The notes beneath the pieces were generated by a model. That model ran no database searches. It saw only the letters and a program-made list of their open reading frames with translations, and was not told where the DNA came from. The position numbers and the translations under genes were made by a program. From positions 1,344,001 to 1,408,000 of the forward strand of contig CBDFJF010000001.1 in NCBI GenBank assembly GCA_965248265.1: a DNA stretch of 64,000 bases. The letters run 5' to 3'. Positions within the stretch are counted from its first letter, which is position 1; the number at the start of each line of letters is the position of its first letter. This DNA is from Candidatus Latescibacterota bacterium. GTDB taxonomy: Bacteria; Latescibacterota; UBA2968; UBA8231. Positions 46,689 through 57,286 of the stretch are shown in pieces.

Positions 46689-48230
46689 CTATTTCGGCTG
46701 CACCCAGATGTGTACCTCGTCGATGACGAGATCGGTGTCCGCCTGTGGGTCCGCCCTCGTCAGCGTAATCGTCAGTTTGTTGTCCCCGTACGCCACCGCG
46801 GCCGGGGACACCAGGAACCAGCGGACATCGGGAACCATTTCGTCGAATATCGCATTCGGCTGACCCAGCGGCCCCGGGGCCATGGGCACTCCATTGAGGA
46901 GGACCTCCAGTTGATCGTGCCCGGTGAGGCTGCCACGCAACATCAAGGTCGCCTGCTGGACTCGGTCCATGCGCTCGTACAGGCGAAAAGGGTACTCCCC
47001 CGACGGCTTCGCTGCTGTGCGGTCGAGGACGACGCGGAAGGCCTTTACGACTCCGGTCGAGCAGCGATCCTGGCCGAAGGCGCTCTCCCCCTCCCAGGTG
47101 GGATCGAAGACATAGTACCTGTCGCCGCTGGCAACTCTATCCGGGTCGCGCAGTTCGTGGAGGACCTGCAGTGACTGAGGGAAGAACGGCGGCGACCGCA
47201 TGAACCCGGCCACCGGCGCGTAGATCGTCAACCCGTCGGCGCCGGCGCCGTAGAAGGTCTGCGCCAGCGCTCTGCAGTTGGACGGAGTCATGCCACCCCC
47301 GCTCATCCTCATGCGGCGACTCGTCCACTGATTCAGTGTAGGGTAGTACATACAGTTGGCATCGCGCGCCAGGTCGCCGAACTCTTGCCATTCGGCATTG
47401 AAGTCGCAGAACATGACGTCCATCGGACTGACGTAATCCAGCAGCCCTTCGGTCATCCACGTCGGCGCATCCAGTCCCATATCCAGACACTCGTCAAGCG
47501 TGGAGAACACCCTGGCCCCCAGCTGAATCCGCCGGCCCCGGGTCTTGCTGAACTCGTCCAACATGTCCCGCAGGCGACGCACCAGACTGGTCATCAGGTG
47601 GGCGCGGTCCCTACCCTCGGGAAACGGGAAGTAGATGGGATCGCGAAAGGTCATCTCGATGCCGTCCACATCGAAGCGGCTGACGACCTCCTGCATCACA
47701 CGAAAGACGTAGTCGCGGACCTCATCGAAGGTGAAATCGAGGGGAAATCCCTCGTGATAGCCCCCGCCCTCACGGCTTTCCTGGAATTGCCACTCGGGAT
47801 GGGACTCGACCCAGTCAGCGCGAACGGGGAAATGTTCGCCTCCGTGGGTGTCGTTCATGCGAAACCCGGCGCTGAATGCCATGCCGCGGCTGTGGCTGTG
47901 GTCGAGGAGCACTTGCAGGGGCTGCGTGCCCGCCTCCAGCATCGGCAGAAACCGCTTGTGCTGCTCGCGCCCGTCGTACTGAAACTCGTCCGACTGCCAA
48001 TAGGCTGTGCATCCCTTGTTGTAGCAATCCTGCTGGTAGGAGTCGGCGCCGCTGTCGGCTATCATGTCCACCAGCCGTCGCAGATCTTCTTCTTCCACCG
48101 GGTCCGGCAGTACGTTCATCGTTATGCTGGAGGGATCGCTGATGAAGTGGACCCGCCGGGTACCGCGGGGAGCGATCGACCCACCGGTGTCTTCAACCTG
48201 GCTGCTCTCATCATGGTTGCTGCGCGTCAT
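46689..48230 (-). CDS. GHL10-like (family 10 glycosylhydrolase-like) protein
   Basis: FRMNDTH, HPEW, LDFTFDEVR, DVDGIE, GADG. Confidence 0.7.
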   Translation of the reverse strand: MTRSNHDESSQVEDTGGSIAPRGTRRVHFISDPSSITMNVLPDPVEEEDLRRLVDMIADSGADSYQQDCYNKGCTAYWQSDEFQYDGREQHKRFLPMLEAGTQPLQVLLDHSHSRGMAFSAGFRMNDTHGGEHFPVRADWVESHPEWQFQESREGGGYHEGFPLDFTFDEVRDYVFRVMQEVVSRFDVDGIEMTFRDPIYFPFPEGRDRAHLMTSLVRRLRDMLDEFSKTRGRRIQLGARVFSTLDECLDMGLDAPTWMTEGLLDYVSPMDVMFCDFNAEWQEFGDLARDANCMYYPTLNQWTSRRMRMSGGGMTPSNCRALAQTFYGAGADGLTIYAPVAGFMRSPPFFPQSLQVLHELRDPDRVASGDRYYVFDPTWEGESAFGQDRCSTGVVKAFRVVLDRTAAKPSGEYPFRLYERMDRVQQATLMLRGSLTGHDQLEVLLNGVPMAPGPLGQPNAIFDEMVPDVRWFLVSPAAVAYGDNKLTITLTRADPQADTDLVIDEVHIWVQPK

Positions 48231-48306
48231 CGTGGCTCCTTCCCATCGGGTACCGTTATAGATAGACTACAGCCGGCACATTGATCAACCTCAAACGGAG
48301 AATGAG

Positions 48307-49392
48307 ATGGCCAGGATCCTGAGGCAAGTCACCGTCGTGCGCGACGGCAATCACAATGCCTTTACCGATGTTCAGTACTGGCAGGGCTGCTACTGGGTGA
48401 CCTACCGCAAGGGCGCCGCGCACGTGGCGATGGATGGGGCGGTGACCCTTTCGGTGTCCGCGGATCGCACTCGATTTCGCGAGGTGGCGCACACGCACGC
48501 GCCCGGCGACAATCGCGATCCCAAGCTTCTGCCCGTGAGCGAGGACCGGATGGCCTGGTATTTCCCCAGTTGGGTGCGCGGTTTCGAAGCCAGGGAACTT
48601 CAGCAATACATAACATTTTCCAATGACGGCTACCATTGGGAGGAGCCGGCTCCCATCCTTCCCCCCGGCAATTGGCTCTGGCGCGTCCGGCGACACGACG
48701 ATCGCTACTACGGACTGATCCAGAACCTGACCGAGGCACGGGAGCACGAGGACACGGTCCAGCTCGACCTGGCGGTCAGCGACGACCTGTTCGAATGGGA
48801 GATCATCGCCCGGGTCGGCGACGAGTTCGGGCTGAACGAAAGCGACATCCACTGGCGGGATGACGGCGAGGCCTGGATCGTCTCCCGCAGCATAGTCAAG
48901 CACTTCGGTAGCTGCTTCTGTTGGGCGCAACCCCCCTACACTGACTGGCAGGTCACCGAGATGGCGCCGATGGTGCATGCCCCCGTGTTCGTGGAATGGC
49001 AGGGAGGGCTCTACGTGGCGGGCCGCAACATGCCCATTGTCGAAGGCGACCTCACCTTCCCGTTCAATTCTGCCGGCGTCGGCGTGTGGCGGGTCAAACG
49101 CGGGGAGCTCGAGCCCCTCCTGCGCATTCCTGCTACTGGTGATTGTTCCTACCCTGGCATGACCGTGGACCCGGAGGGTCGGGTATGTCTGAGCTACCAC
49201 TCACAGCATGCCTACCACATGGGGGTGCTGCCACCGCCATCGCGCATCCTGCCGCATCCCGACAACCAGGCAACCCTGCTGGAGGCCGTTGACGTGTACT
49301 TCGCTGAGCTCGAGCTGGCACACGACGAAGATTGGTGGACGCTCACGCATCCCGATCCAGCCGTGGAGTTAGGACGCCGAGACGATGAATGA
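48307..49392 (+). CDS. Sialidase-like beta-propeller, related to 6777..7874
   Basis: HNAFTD, DNRDPKL, SNDGYHW, WLWRV, GDCSYPG. Confidence 0.65.
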   Translation: MARILRQVTVVRDGNHNAFTDVQYWQGCYWVTYRKGAAHVAMDGAVTLSVSADRTRFREVAHTHAPGDNRDPKLLPVSEDRMAWYFPSWVRGFEARELQQYITFSNDGYHWEEPAPILPPGNWLWRVRRHDDRYYGLIQNLTEAREHEDTVQLDLAVSDDLFEWEIIARVGDEFGLNESDIHWRDDGEAWIVSRSIVKHFGSCFCWAQPPYTDWQVTEMAPMVHAPVFVEWQGGLYVAGRNMPIVEGDLTFPFNSAGVGVWRVKRGELEPLLRIPATGDCSYPGMTVDPEGRVCLSYHSQHAYHMGVLPPPSRILPHPDNQATLLEAVDVYFAELELAHDEDWWTLTHPDPAVELGRRDDE

Positions 49393-50353
49393 AACCAAGG
49401 AAGGTGGCATCGCCATGACGGTTACCGGCGAAGTGCCGGTTGCCGAATTGGGGATCACCTTGCCGCATGAACACATCATTCATCGGCTCAGCATCCATTC
49501 GGGCAACCCGGACAACACCTTCGTGGATGTCAGTCTCGTGGCTGAGGAGTTGAGCCATTTTCGCTCGTCCGGGGGTTCTACAGTGTGCGACGTGACCCCT
49601 GTTGGCGTCGGACGCGATCCAGGCGCTTTGCGCGAGGTCTCCCGCATCAGTGGGGTCAACGTCATTTCCGGCATGGGCGTCTACCAACGCGACGTCTGGC
49701 CGAGTGAACTGGCGGCCATGTCGGAAACGGCCCTGGCGGACTTCCTGGTTCGCGAAGCGCTTGGGGAAAGCACGGGAATCGCCGCCGGCCTGCTGGGAGA
49801 AATCGCCTGTCACAACGAAGACCACTCCGATTGGCGGAAGTACCAGTTGCTCGAAGAAGAGAAGATGCTTTTTCGTGCCGTCGCCGACGCCCATCGCCGT
49901 ACGGGGCTGACGATTTCGACCCACGCCAGTCTCGGTCGCGCCGGCGTCGCTCAAGTTCAGCTCTTGCTTGCCGCCGACGCTGATCCCGGGCGCATCGTCA
50001 TCGGCCACTGTGCAGCGCAAGGTCATGGCGATCCGGCGCTCGATTTCGATTACTACCACACGCTGCTTGCCGAGGGTGTGTTTATAGAATTCGACCTGTT
50101 CGGTTGGCAGGACTTGCTACCTGACGCCCAGCGTTGTCAGCGGATAGCAGGCCTGGTCGACGAAGGCTTTGCCGATCGCATACTGCTGTCAACGGACACC
50201 TGCCGCCTCTCGCAGTTGCATCGCCACGGCGGCCGCGGCTTCGACTATCTCTTTACCAATGTTCTGCCCGGTCTGCGCGACCACGGTGTCAGCGACGAAG
50301 ATATTCACACCATGACGGTTACCAATCCGGCACGGATATTCACCTCCAATTGA
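49385..50353 (+). CDS. Phosphotriesterase/Php family metallohydrolase
   Basis: TLPHEH, GRD, GEIA, STHA, IGHC, LLSTD, NPARIF. Confidence 0.88.
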   Translation: MNETKEGGIAMTVTGEVPVAELGITLPHEHIIHRLSIHSGNPDNTFVDVSLVAEELSHFRSSGGSTVCDVTPVGVGRDPGALREVSRISGVNVISGMGVYQRDVWPSELAAMSETALADFLVREALGESTGIAAGLLGEIACHNEDHSDWRKYQLLEEEKMLFRAVADAHRRTGLTISTHASLGRAGVAQVQLLLAADADPGRIVIGHCAAQGHGDPALDFDYYHTLLAEGVFIEFDLFGWQDLLPDAQRCQRIAGLVDEGFADRILLSTDTCRLSQLHRHGGRGFDYLFTNVLPGLRDHGVSDEDIHTMTVTNPARIFTSN

Positions 50354-50376
50354 CTGTAAGAAGGGGATCGTGAATC

Positions 50377-51600
50377 ATGCTCCAACCCAAACACCCCGGC
50401 CGCATCAGCGACAAGGCCCTGGAGTATCTACGCGAGGTTACCGAGTACGGTTTCGGCAATTCTTCCGGCCCGGACCTGACCGGCCAATTTGAGCGCGCCT
50501 TCGCCAAGCGCTTCGGCGACGGATACGCCATCGCCCACTGCAACGGCACCGCCACCATGCACAGCTGCCTGGGCGCCGTGGACGTCAAACCCGGCGACGA
50601 AGTGATCGTGCCACCGCTGACCGCTGCCGCGACCGCGTTTGCGGTACTGCACCAGGGTGCGATTCCCGTTTTCGCCGACGTCGACCCGCGCACCTTCAAC
50701 ATCGATCCCGAGTCCATTCGGCAACGCGTCACCTCACTGACCCGCGCCATAATTCCCGTGAACCTGTACGGGCTGAGCGCCGACATGGATCCGATCATGG
50801 AGATCGCCAATGAACATGATCTGACCGTAATCGAGGACAGCGCCCAGTGTTTCCTCGGCTACTACAAGGGCCGCGTGGCCGGCACCACCGGACACATGGC
50901 CAGCTTCAGCTTGCAGGCTTCCAAGCACATCACCACTGGCGATGGCGGCGTCGTCACCACTGACGACGAGGAGCTTGCCACCGCAGTGCGCAGATTTGCC
51001 TGCTTTGGCTATCACACCCTGTCGGCCGGCTCCACCGGCACCATGGACAAAAAGGATCGCGGCCAACCGGGCTCGATTCGCCACGATTTCCTGGGTTGGA
51101 ATTACCGCATGAGCCAGCTGCAGGGTGCCGTGGCCCTGGAGCAAACCGAACGCCTGGACGAACTGGTCGAACGGCACACGAGCGTAGGTCAGTTCTTCCT
51201 CGAAGCAGTCGGCGACTGCCCCTGGTTCGTGCCGCAACAGACCCCCGATGGCTACGTCAATAGCTACTGGAGCTTCGCCTGTCGTTTCGAAGCCGATCAG
51301 GCGGGCGTTTCCTGGCACCAGTTTCGCGAGCGCTTCTACGAATTGGGAGGCGATTTCGTTTACGGTGCCTGGCGACTGTGCTATGACGAACCCGTCTTCC
51401 AGGATCGACGCTTCCTCGGCGACTTCCCGGTCGATTCGGAGATTTACAAGGGCGACTATCGCGACTACACTCCCGGGCTCTGCCCCGTTGCCGAGAGCCT
51501 CCAACCCAAGCTGTTTCAGTTCAAGGCCAACTACATGGACATGGACTACGCCCAGGACCAGGCCAATATTCTGCGCCGGACCATCGACAGTATCACCTAG
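50377..51600 (+). CDS. DegT/DnrJ/EryC1/StrS PLP aminotransferase
   Basis: NGTA, GDEVIVP, IEDSAQ, FSLQASKHITTGDGG, GWNYRM. Confidence 0.92.
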   Translation: MLQPKHPGRISDKALEYLREVTEYGFGNSSGPDLTGQFERAFAKRFGDGYAIAHCNGTATMHSCLGAVDVKPGDEVIVPPLTAAATAFAVLHQGAIPVFADVDPRTFNIDPESIRQRVTSLTRAIIPVNLYGLSADMDPIMEIANEHDLTVIEDSAQCFLGYYKGRVAGTTGHMASFSLQASKHITTGDGGVVTTDDEELATAVRRFACFGYHTLSAGSTGTMDKKDRGQPGSIRHDFLGWNYRMSQLQGAVALEQTERLDELVERHTSVGQFFLEAVGDCPWFVPQQTPDGYVNSYWSFACRFEADQAGVSWHQFRERFYELGGDFVYGAWRLCYDEPVFQDRRFLGDFPVDSEIYKGDYRDYTPGLCPVAESLQPKLFQFKANYMDMDYAQDQANILRRTIDSIT

Positions 51601-51623
51601 CAGATCGGAGTAAGCGGATCGAA

Positions 51624-52583
51624 ATGCTCAAATCAGTGCACTATCAAGAGGTGGATCCCGGAGTCGGGTGGATCAAGGACGCGGACCTCGCCATCGATTC
51701 CAACGGCCCCCTCGACTCCGAGCGGGCGCTCACCCCGAACGTCGTCAAGATGCAGGGCGGCTACCGGATGTACTACCACGGTTTTGGGCCGCAACGCCCG
51801 AACCCGGACTCGAAGGGTTACATCTTGAGCGCGTTCTCCAGCGACGCCGAAAAATGGGAGAAAGAACCCGGAATCCGGATGGATGCAGGCGGCGAGGGGG
51901 CAGAGCACTACATCTGGAGCCCGGACGTGATCCCTCTGGAGGATGGTGGGTATCGCATGTACTATGAGGGGAAAACGGAGCAGGCCGGTGGCAAGGAGGT
52001 CACCAGCGCTGTTGTCAGCGCCGTATCCCCTGACGGTCTCGTCTGGGAAAAGGAAGCGGGCGTTCGCCTGGGAGCTGAGAACGCCTCCTATGGCGCCCCG
52101 CGATGCCTGTATATCGACCCGAGTTCTGACCAGCACAGCCCCCGCTACCGTCTTTACGCCAGCGCCTTCCACGATCACCAGATTGTCAGTGCCGTGTCTG
52201 ATGATGGCCTACAGTTTGATCTGGAACCGGGCGTTTGCATTGCTCGCGAAAAGGAGTTCGAATCATATGAGGTCTATGCCCCCGAGGTCCTGCGCCTGGG
52301 CACCGGCGGCTACCGCATGTACTATGCGGGCTGGGTGGCAGCGCCGGAGGTTCGCGCTGGATCGAAATTCCACGGCAGAATCTTCGGTGCGTACTCGGAT
52401 GACGGCCTGCATTGGGTCAAGGACGATGAAGTCTGTATCGACAACGGCGGGCAGTGGGACGCCAACAAAGCATCGGAGCCCTGCGTGATCGACCTTGCCG
52501 ACGGTCGATTGCGGTTGTTCTATGAAGCCTGTGATCTGGAGGGGCAGTGGCGCATTGCCAGCGCCACGGCGGCACTCTCCTAA
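51624..52583 (+). CDS. Five-bladed beta-propeller glycosidase-like protein
   Basis: Repeated P.V....GGYRMYY...SA.S.DG..W.KE.G blades. Confidence 0.7.
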   Translation: MLKSVHYQEVDPGVGWIKDADLAIDSNGPLDSERALTPNVVKMQGGYRMYYHGFGPQRPNPDSKGYILSAFSSDAEKWEKEPGIRMDAGGEGAEHYIWSPDVIPLEDGGYRMYYEGKTEQAGGKEVTSAVVSAVSPDGLVWEKEAGVRLGAENASYGAPRCLYIDPSSDQHSPRYRLYASAFHDHQIVSAVSDDGLQFDLEPGVCIAREKEFESYEVYAPEVLRLGTGGYRMYYAGWVAAPEVRAGSKFHGRIFGAYSDDGLHWVKDDEVCIDNGGQWDANKASEPCVIDLADGRLRLFYEACDLEGQWRIASATAALS

Positions 52584-52598
52584 CTTGGAGATAACCAA

Positions 52599-53855
52599 AT
52601 GCAAACAGCGATTGCTGCGATCTTAATCATGGCTCTGAGCGGACTGGCCTTGTGGGCGACACCACCTCCGCCGGTAGAGATCGTCGAGCTCCGTCAGGAT
52701 CGAGTGTTCGTCAACGGCGAACCGTTCTTCCTCGTCGGTATAAGCCATGTCGCCCATGGCCACTACTCGCTGCCCGAAGCCAGCGAGATGGGGTACAACG
52801 CCGTCGTCACCCATGGCTCCCGGGAAGACCCGCAGTCGTTCCGCAAAGACATCGACGACGCCTATGCCCACGGGCTGTACTCATTGGTCTCGATCAGCAA
52901 CGGTATCTGGCAAGACCTGGAGACGACCGAGCAGATCATCCTGGCCTGTCGCGACGCCCCCGGCCTGCTGGTATGGGAGTTGGAGGATGAGCCCAACATC
53001 CGCACCGCTGGACCGGAGGGCACGCCTCATCTCGATCTCCCCTACAAGATGCCACCAGATGATTTCGTGCCGGTGTACGACCTGATCAAGCGGCTCGATC
53101 CCAATCACCTCGTGTGGATCAACCTGGCCTACGGGTACGAAAAAGACCATCGGGAATATCGGGACGTGGCGGATATCCACTCCGACGACGTCTACCCTGT
53201 TCCCGATTATCCTCTGACCCACGTTGCGCAAAATTCCGATGCCGTCGTCAACGGCGCCGCCGGCAAGCCGGGTTGGATGTACATCCAGATGTCGAGGCAG
53301 ACCGAAGCCTACGTGCGCGCTCCGACCATGGAGGAGGTCCGCAACATGACCTACCAGTCCATCGCGCACGGCATCGTCGGCGTCATCCATTTTGCCTATC
53401 ACGTCGCCGACTGGTGGCCCCGGGAATCGGAGCCGGCCTACTATGCCCAGTTCCTTGACCTGACGGCGGAATTGCGCGCGCTGACCCCCTATCTGCTGGC
53501 GAAGGAGGAGCCCGTCAACATCGAGGCCAAGATCATTGAAGGTTCGGCAGAGCCCTCCAACTTCGGGTATACCGCGTTGCACCTGTCGCTCCGCAAAGCC
53601 GAACGCGGTTACCTGCTGATCGCCGTCAACGGCTTCGATTCCCCGGTCAAAGCCCGCATCACGATTCCCGTTGACGGCATCGCTCCACGGGCCGCGGTTC
53701 GTTCCGAGTACCGGCTCGTCGATGTGACGGACGGAGTCCTCGAAGACTCCTTCGCGCCCTACGCAGTGCATCTGTACGACTTGCCGTTCAGCACTCCCGA
53801 TGATTTCGAACGTCGAAAAGTGAGCTGGCCGCAATGGCAGCGGCGGCCGCACTGA
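52599..53855 (+). CDS. Secreted TIM-barrel glycosidase-like protein
   Basis: Signal peptide; VNGEPFF, EDEPN, DDVYP, YQSIAHG. Confidence 0.6.
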   Translation: MQTAIAAILIMALSGLALWATPPPPVEIVELRQDRVFVNGEPFFLVGISHVAHGHYSLPEASEMGYNAVVTHGSREDPQSFRKDIDDAYAHGLYSLVSISNGIWQDLETTEQIILACRDAPGLLVWELEDEPNIRTAGPEGTPHLDLPYKMPPDDFVPVYDLIKRLDPNHLVWINLAYGYEKDHREYRDVADIHSDDVYPVPDYPLTHVAQNSDAVVNGAAGKPGWMYIQMSRQTEAYVRAPTMEEVRNMTYQSIAHGIVGVIHFAYHVADWWPRESEPAYYAQFLDLTAELRALTPYLLAKEEPVNIEAKIIEGSAEPSNFGYTALHLSLRKAERGYLLIAVNGFDSPVKARITIPVDGIAPRAAVRSEYRLVDVTDGVLEDSFAPYAVHLYDLPFSTPDDFERRKVSWPQWQRRPH

Positions 53856-53867
53856 GGAGGAACAGAT

Positions 53868-54785
53868 TTGTCGTCACGACAGGTGTACATCTCCGGAGAT
53901 CTGGTCGCTGAAGAGGACGCCAAGATCTCGATTTTCGATTCCGCAGTGACCCTGGGCGATACCGTCACCGAATCGACGCGCACCTTCGGCCACCGGCCCT
54001 TCAAGCTGGACCGCCACATCGAGCGGCTCTACTTGTCGCTGAAGGTGACGCGCATTGACCCGGGATGCGGGGCGGAGGAGATGAAGCAGATCACCCTGGA
54101 TCTGCTGGAGACCAACCTGTCACTGATCGGCCCCGAAGAAGACTACTGGATCGTCCACAACATCTCCCGGGGCCTCTACCGCCCGGGACCCGACCCCACC
54201 GTACAACGCAGTGGCGCTACGGTGATGATCAACAACAGCCCGATGGACCTGCGCGGGTGGGCGGCGTTCTACACAGCGGGCTGCCACGCCGTCACCCCCA
54301 TGAGCCGCATGCCGCCCTCACAGGCGATCGATGCCAGAATCAAGAACCGGAGTCGCCTGGCTTACACCCTCGCCGAGATGGAGGTGAAGCTCGTCGACAA
54401 GGATGCTCAGAGTATCATTCTGGATATTGACGGTAACGTGGCCGAAAACAAGGGCGGCAACATCTTCGCGGTGAGCGGGGGTGAAGTGCGGACGCCGACG
54501 ACTCGCAACTGCCTGGCCGGAGTCAGCCGCGAGACGATTCTGGAACTCGCGCGGGAGTTGGAGATCCCGGCCCGGGAGATGGAGCTGCAACCCTACGATC
54601 TCTACACCGCGGACGAGGTGTTCTTCACCAGCACGCCATACTGCATCATGCCGGCTACCCGGTTCAACGGCGTGGCGGTCGGAGACGGTAAGGTGGGCCC
54701 GGTAACCAAGCGGCTATTGAGCGCGTGGAGTGATCTGGTTGGCCTTGACATCGCCGGACAGGCGCAAAAGCAGCTGACGAGTTGA
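53868..54785 (+). CDS. Class IV (branched-chain/D-amino acid type) PLP aminotransferase
   Basis: ISIFD, HIERL, IKNRSR, E..GGNIF, LAGVSR, ADEVF, GPVT. Confidence 0.9.
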   Translation: MSSRQVYISGDLVAEEDAKISIFDSAVTLGDTVTESTRTFGHRPFKLDRHIERLYLSLKVTRIDPGCGAEEMKQITLDLLETNLSLIGPEEDYWIVHNISRGLYRPGPDPTVQRSGATVMINNSPMDLRGWAAFYTAGCHAVTPMSRMPPSQAIDARIKNRSRLAYTLAEMEVKLVDKDAQSIILDIDGNVAENKGGNIFAVSGGEVRTPTTRNCLAGVSRETILELARELEIPAREMELQPYDLYTADEVFFTSTPYCIMPATRFNGVAVGDGKVGPVTKRLLSAWSDLVGLDIAGQAQKQLTS

Positions 54786-54803
54786 GTTTGCGGCGCGAGG
54801 CCG

Positions 54804-55952
54804 CTACGTGAGCGACCACCGAATCGACATGATGCCTCCCGAATCTTCCACGTGGTTCAGGTAGACGAATTTGTCATCCCGCTTGGCGTATTTCTTGTTG
54901 AGATAGAAGACGGTCACCAGCTCCCCGGGCGCATGTTCCACGGTCACTGGATAACCGAAGTCATGCGGTACCGGAAGTTCGTATAACGTCATGAAGTGGT
55001 CGTGATCCCAGGTCTTACCCTCGTCATACGAAAGCATCGCCCTGATCGACAATGGATCCCGGCGATAGCCGTAGGAGCAGAGCAGCGCTCCTGAGTCTAA
55101 CACTAGCAAATGCGGCGGGCCTCCCCATGCGGGCAACCTTTCTGGTTCGGTCCAGGTGCGACCTGAATCGTATGAGTGCGACTGATAGTGAAACATATCG
55201 TCCCACTCGCACGCTTCGCTGCGAAACATGACGACCAGGTGTCCCGGACTCGTCTCCACCAGATGGTTTTCGATGATCAGCATTTCGCGCGGCATCTCTT
55301 TCGAACGCGGCACTTCGCTGATCTTCTCCCATGAATCCCCCTTGTCCGTCGACTCCCACACCGAGACCTTGACGTCGTACTTGGCATCGGTCGCTATGTC
55401 CTCCTCGCGCATCGGCCCGGTCCCCACGTAGATCAGGCGCCCATCACTGAGAGTGCCCGGACCGGCATGCTGACCGGTGGGTGTATCCACCGGGGGACCC
55501 CAGACATGCCCGCCATCTTCCGAACGGATCAGCCATCCCACCGAGGGCAACTCTTCGGTCAGTCCCATCCGTTCGATGCGCGCCTGCCATTGCGTCAACC
55601 AGCGCTCGGGCACCGGGCAGTCGCCCGGGTACACCCCCTTCCTTATGTACGGGACCCAATCAGTTGAACTGAATGACGTGAGAATGAGGGTCCCGTCGGG
55701 ATGGGTCCTCAAGCTGGCATCCCGATCGTCTGTCTCGCTGTTGAAGACTTCCTGCGGTAAGGACCAGGTCTTGCCACCGTCAGCCGAGCGCATGACGACG
55801 ACGCGGCCCAGCGGGCCCACATGGTGAATCCGCTCTGAAGCGGCAGCCACGATCACACCGTCTTTTGTACGGCATATCCCCGGCCACCCGTACATCTGAT
55901 CGGGACGCGAGGCTACGACTCCGTGCTCGATGTTGCTGGCGGTAAGTGGCAT
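54804..55952 (-). CDS. Asp-box sialidase-like beta-propeller
   Basis: SADGGKTW, DDRD, SEDGGHVW, STDKGDSW, SYDSGRTW, SYDEGKTW, DFGYP. Confidence 0.8.
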   Translation of the reverse strand: MPLTASNIEHGVVASRPDQMYGWPGICRTKDGVIVAAASERIHHVGPLGRVVVMRSADGGKTWSLPQEVFNSETDDRDASLRTHPDGTLILTSFSSTDWVPYIRKGVYPGDCPVPERWLTQWQARIERMGLTEELPSVGWLIRSEDGGHVWGPPVDTPTGQHAGPGTLSDGRLIYVGTGPMREEDIATDAKYDVKVSVWESTDKGDSWEKISEVPRSKEMPREMLIIENHLVETSPGHLVVMFRSEACEWDDMFHYQSHSYDSGRTWTEPERLPAWGGPPHLLVLDSGALLCSYGYRRDPLSIRAMLSYDEGKTWDHDHFMTLYELPVPHDFGYPVTVEHAPGELVTVFYLNKKYAKRDDKFVYLNHVEDSGGIMSIRWSLT

Positions 55953-56142
55953 TGAGCGTTCATCCAATCGTGAGTGTGATTTTTCGGGTATGATGTGTTC
56001 TGTTCGGGAGAGTAACTGTTGCAGGCGGTGAAGACCACTGCCACGCCATCTTCGCCTTGACGTCTCCCGGTTGTTGACCGAGGCTTCGCTGCACCAGCGC
56101 CCCACACGAACTCAGCCATATCGATTGGGAAAATCGCACCGA

Positions 56143-57240
56143 ATGATCGAGACGGATAGCTCCATCATCACACAGATCGATGAAGTCCGGCAGTACGATC
56201 CCCAGGGAGCCCTGCACTATGACCATGTGTCGATGGTGGACAGACAGCGGCTCAACCGCTGGGTGACTTGCTTCGAAGACACCAGCACCGGCACCATTTA
56301 CCTACACAACGGGACCGTTTCGACCGACGGTGGCCGAACCGTCCTCAAGCGCGACAAGATGAATTTCAATGAGGTACTGGCCGTGCCGGAAGGGGCCGTT
56401 TTCTGCGAGCCGGGGTTGTTCCTCGGGCTCGAATCTTTCGTGACCTACGAGGAGCCGGGGCGCTATATTGTCCGGGCATGGCGTGGCACGACTCCAGCCA
56501 GCGCCGGCGACGAGGAAGAGGTCACATTCAACATCCCCAATGGTCCCCGTCCCAAAGAGGATTTCCCCGATGAGTGGTATGGTCTCTACATCCACCGCAG
56601 CATCCTGCGCAGAGACGACGGCGCTCTGCTGTGCACGGTCGAGGGTAACATGGCGGAAGACACACTGACTCCCGCGGACAAATGGAGCCGCATCGAGGGA
56701 CGCTACCAGGGCCGATCGATCATCGTCATCTCGGTTGATGAGGGACGCACTTGGGATTATCTGTCGACCATAGCCGCACCCGAGGAGGGCGATCCGATCG
56801 GCGAAGGCTTCGGTGAGCCCACGATGATACAGCTGGATGACGGCCGGCTATTTTGCCTGATGCGGTCAGGGCACTACACCCCGATGTACGCGTGCTGGAG
56901 CGAGGATGGCGGCCAGAACTGGACGGTGCCGCTGTACACGGGCCTCGAGCGCGGTTGCGATCCCTGCCTTCTGAGGCTGCGCGACGGCCGCCTGGCAGTC
57001 AGTTACGGCAGGCGATATCCGGAAGGCTGGTCGCATGTCAGAGGCGATGGCGACCGCTTCAGGTACCCCGGACACGGCCTCATGCTGCTGGCGATCGACG
57101 AAGATGGAACCGGTGAATCCTGGAGGGTGGCGCAGATCGGGAGCGGGATGGGCTCCTGCTACTCCACCATCATCGAGGTCGAACCGAAGGTCCTGTTCTG
57201 CCAGGTCGATGGTTGGTACTGGCGTGTTCGCCTCGCATGA
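56143..57240 (+). CDS. Asp-box sialidase-like beta-propeller
   Basis: STDGGRT, SVDEGRTW, SEDGGQNW, SCYS. Confidence 0.75.
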   Translation: MIETDSSIITQIDEVRQYDPQGALHYDHVSMVDRQRLNRWVTCFEDTSTGTIYLHNGTVSTDGGRTVLKRDKMNFNEVLAVPEGAVFCEPGLFLGLESFVTYEEPGRYIVRAWRGTTPASAGDEEEVTFNIPNGPRPKEDFPDEWYGLYIHRSILRRDDGALLCTVEGNMAEDTLTPADKWSRIEGRYQGRSIIVISVDEGRTWDYLSTIAAPEEGDPIGEGFGEPTMIQLDDGRLFCLMRSGHYTPMYACWSEDGGQNWTVPLYTGLERGCDPCLLRLRDGRLAVSYGRRYPEGWSHVRGDGDRFRYPGHGLMLLAIDEDGTGESWRVAQIGSGMGSCYSTIIEVEPKVLFCQVDGWYWRVRLA

Positions 57241-57286
57241 CTGATCCCCCCTTTAACCGGCACCGCGGCGCCGAGAGGAGAGCCTT

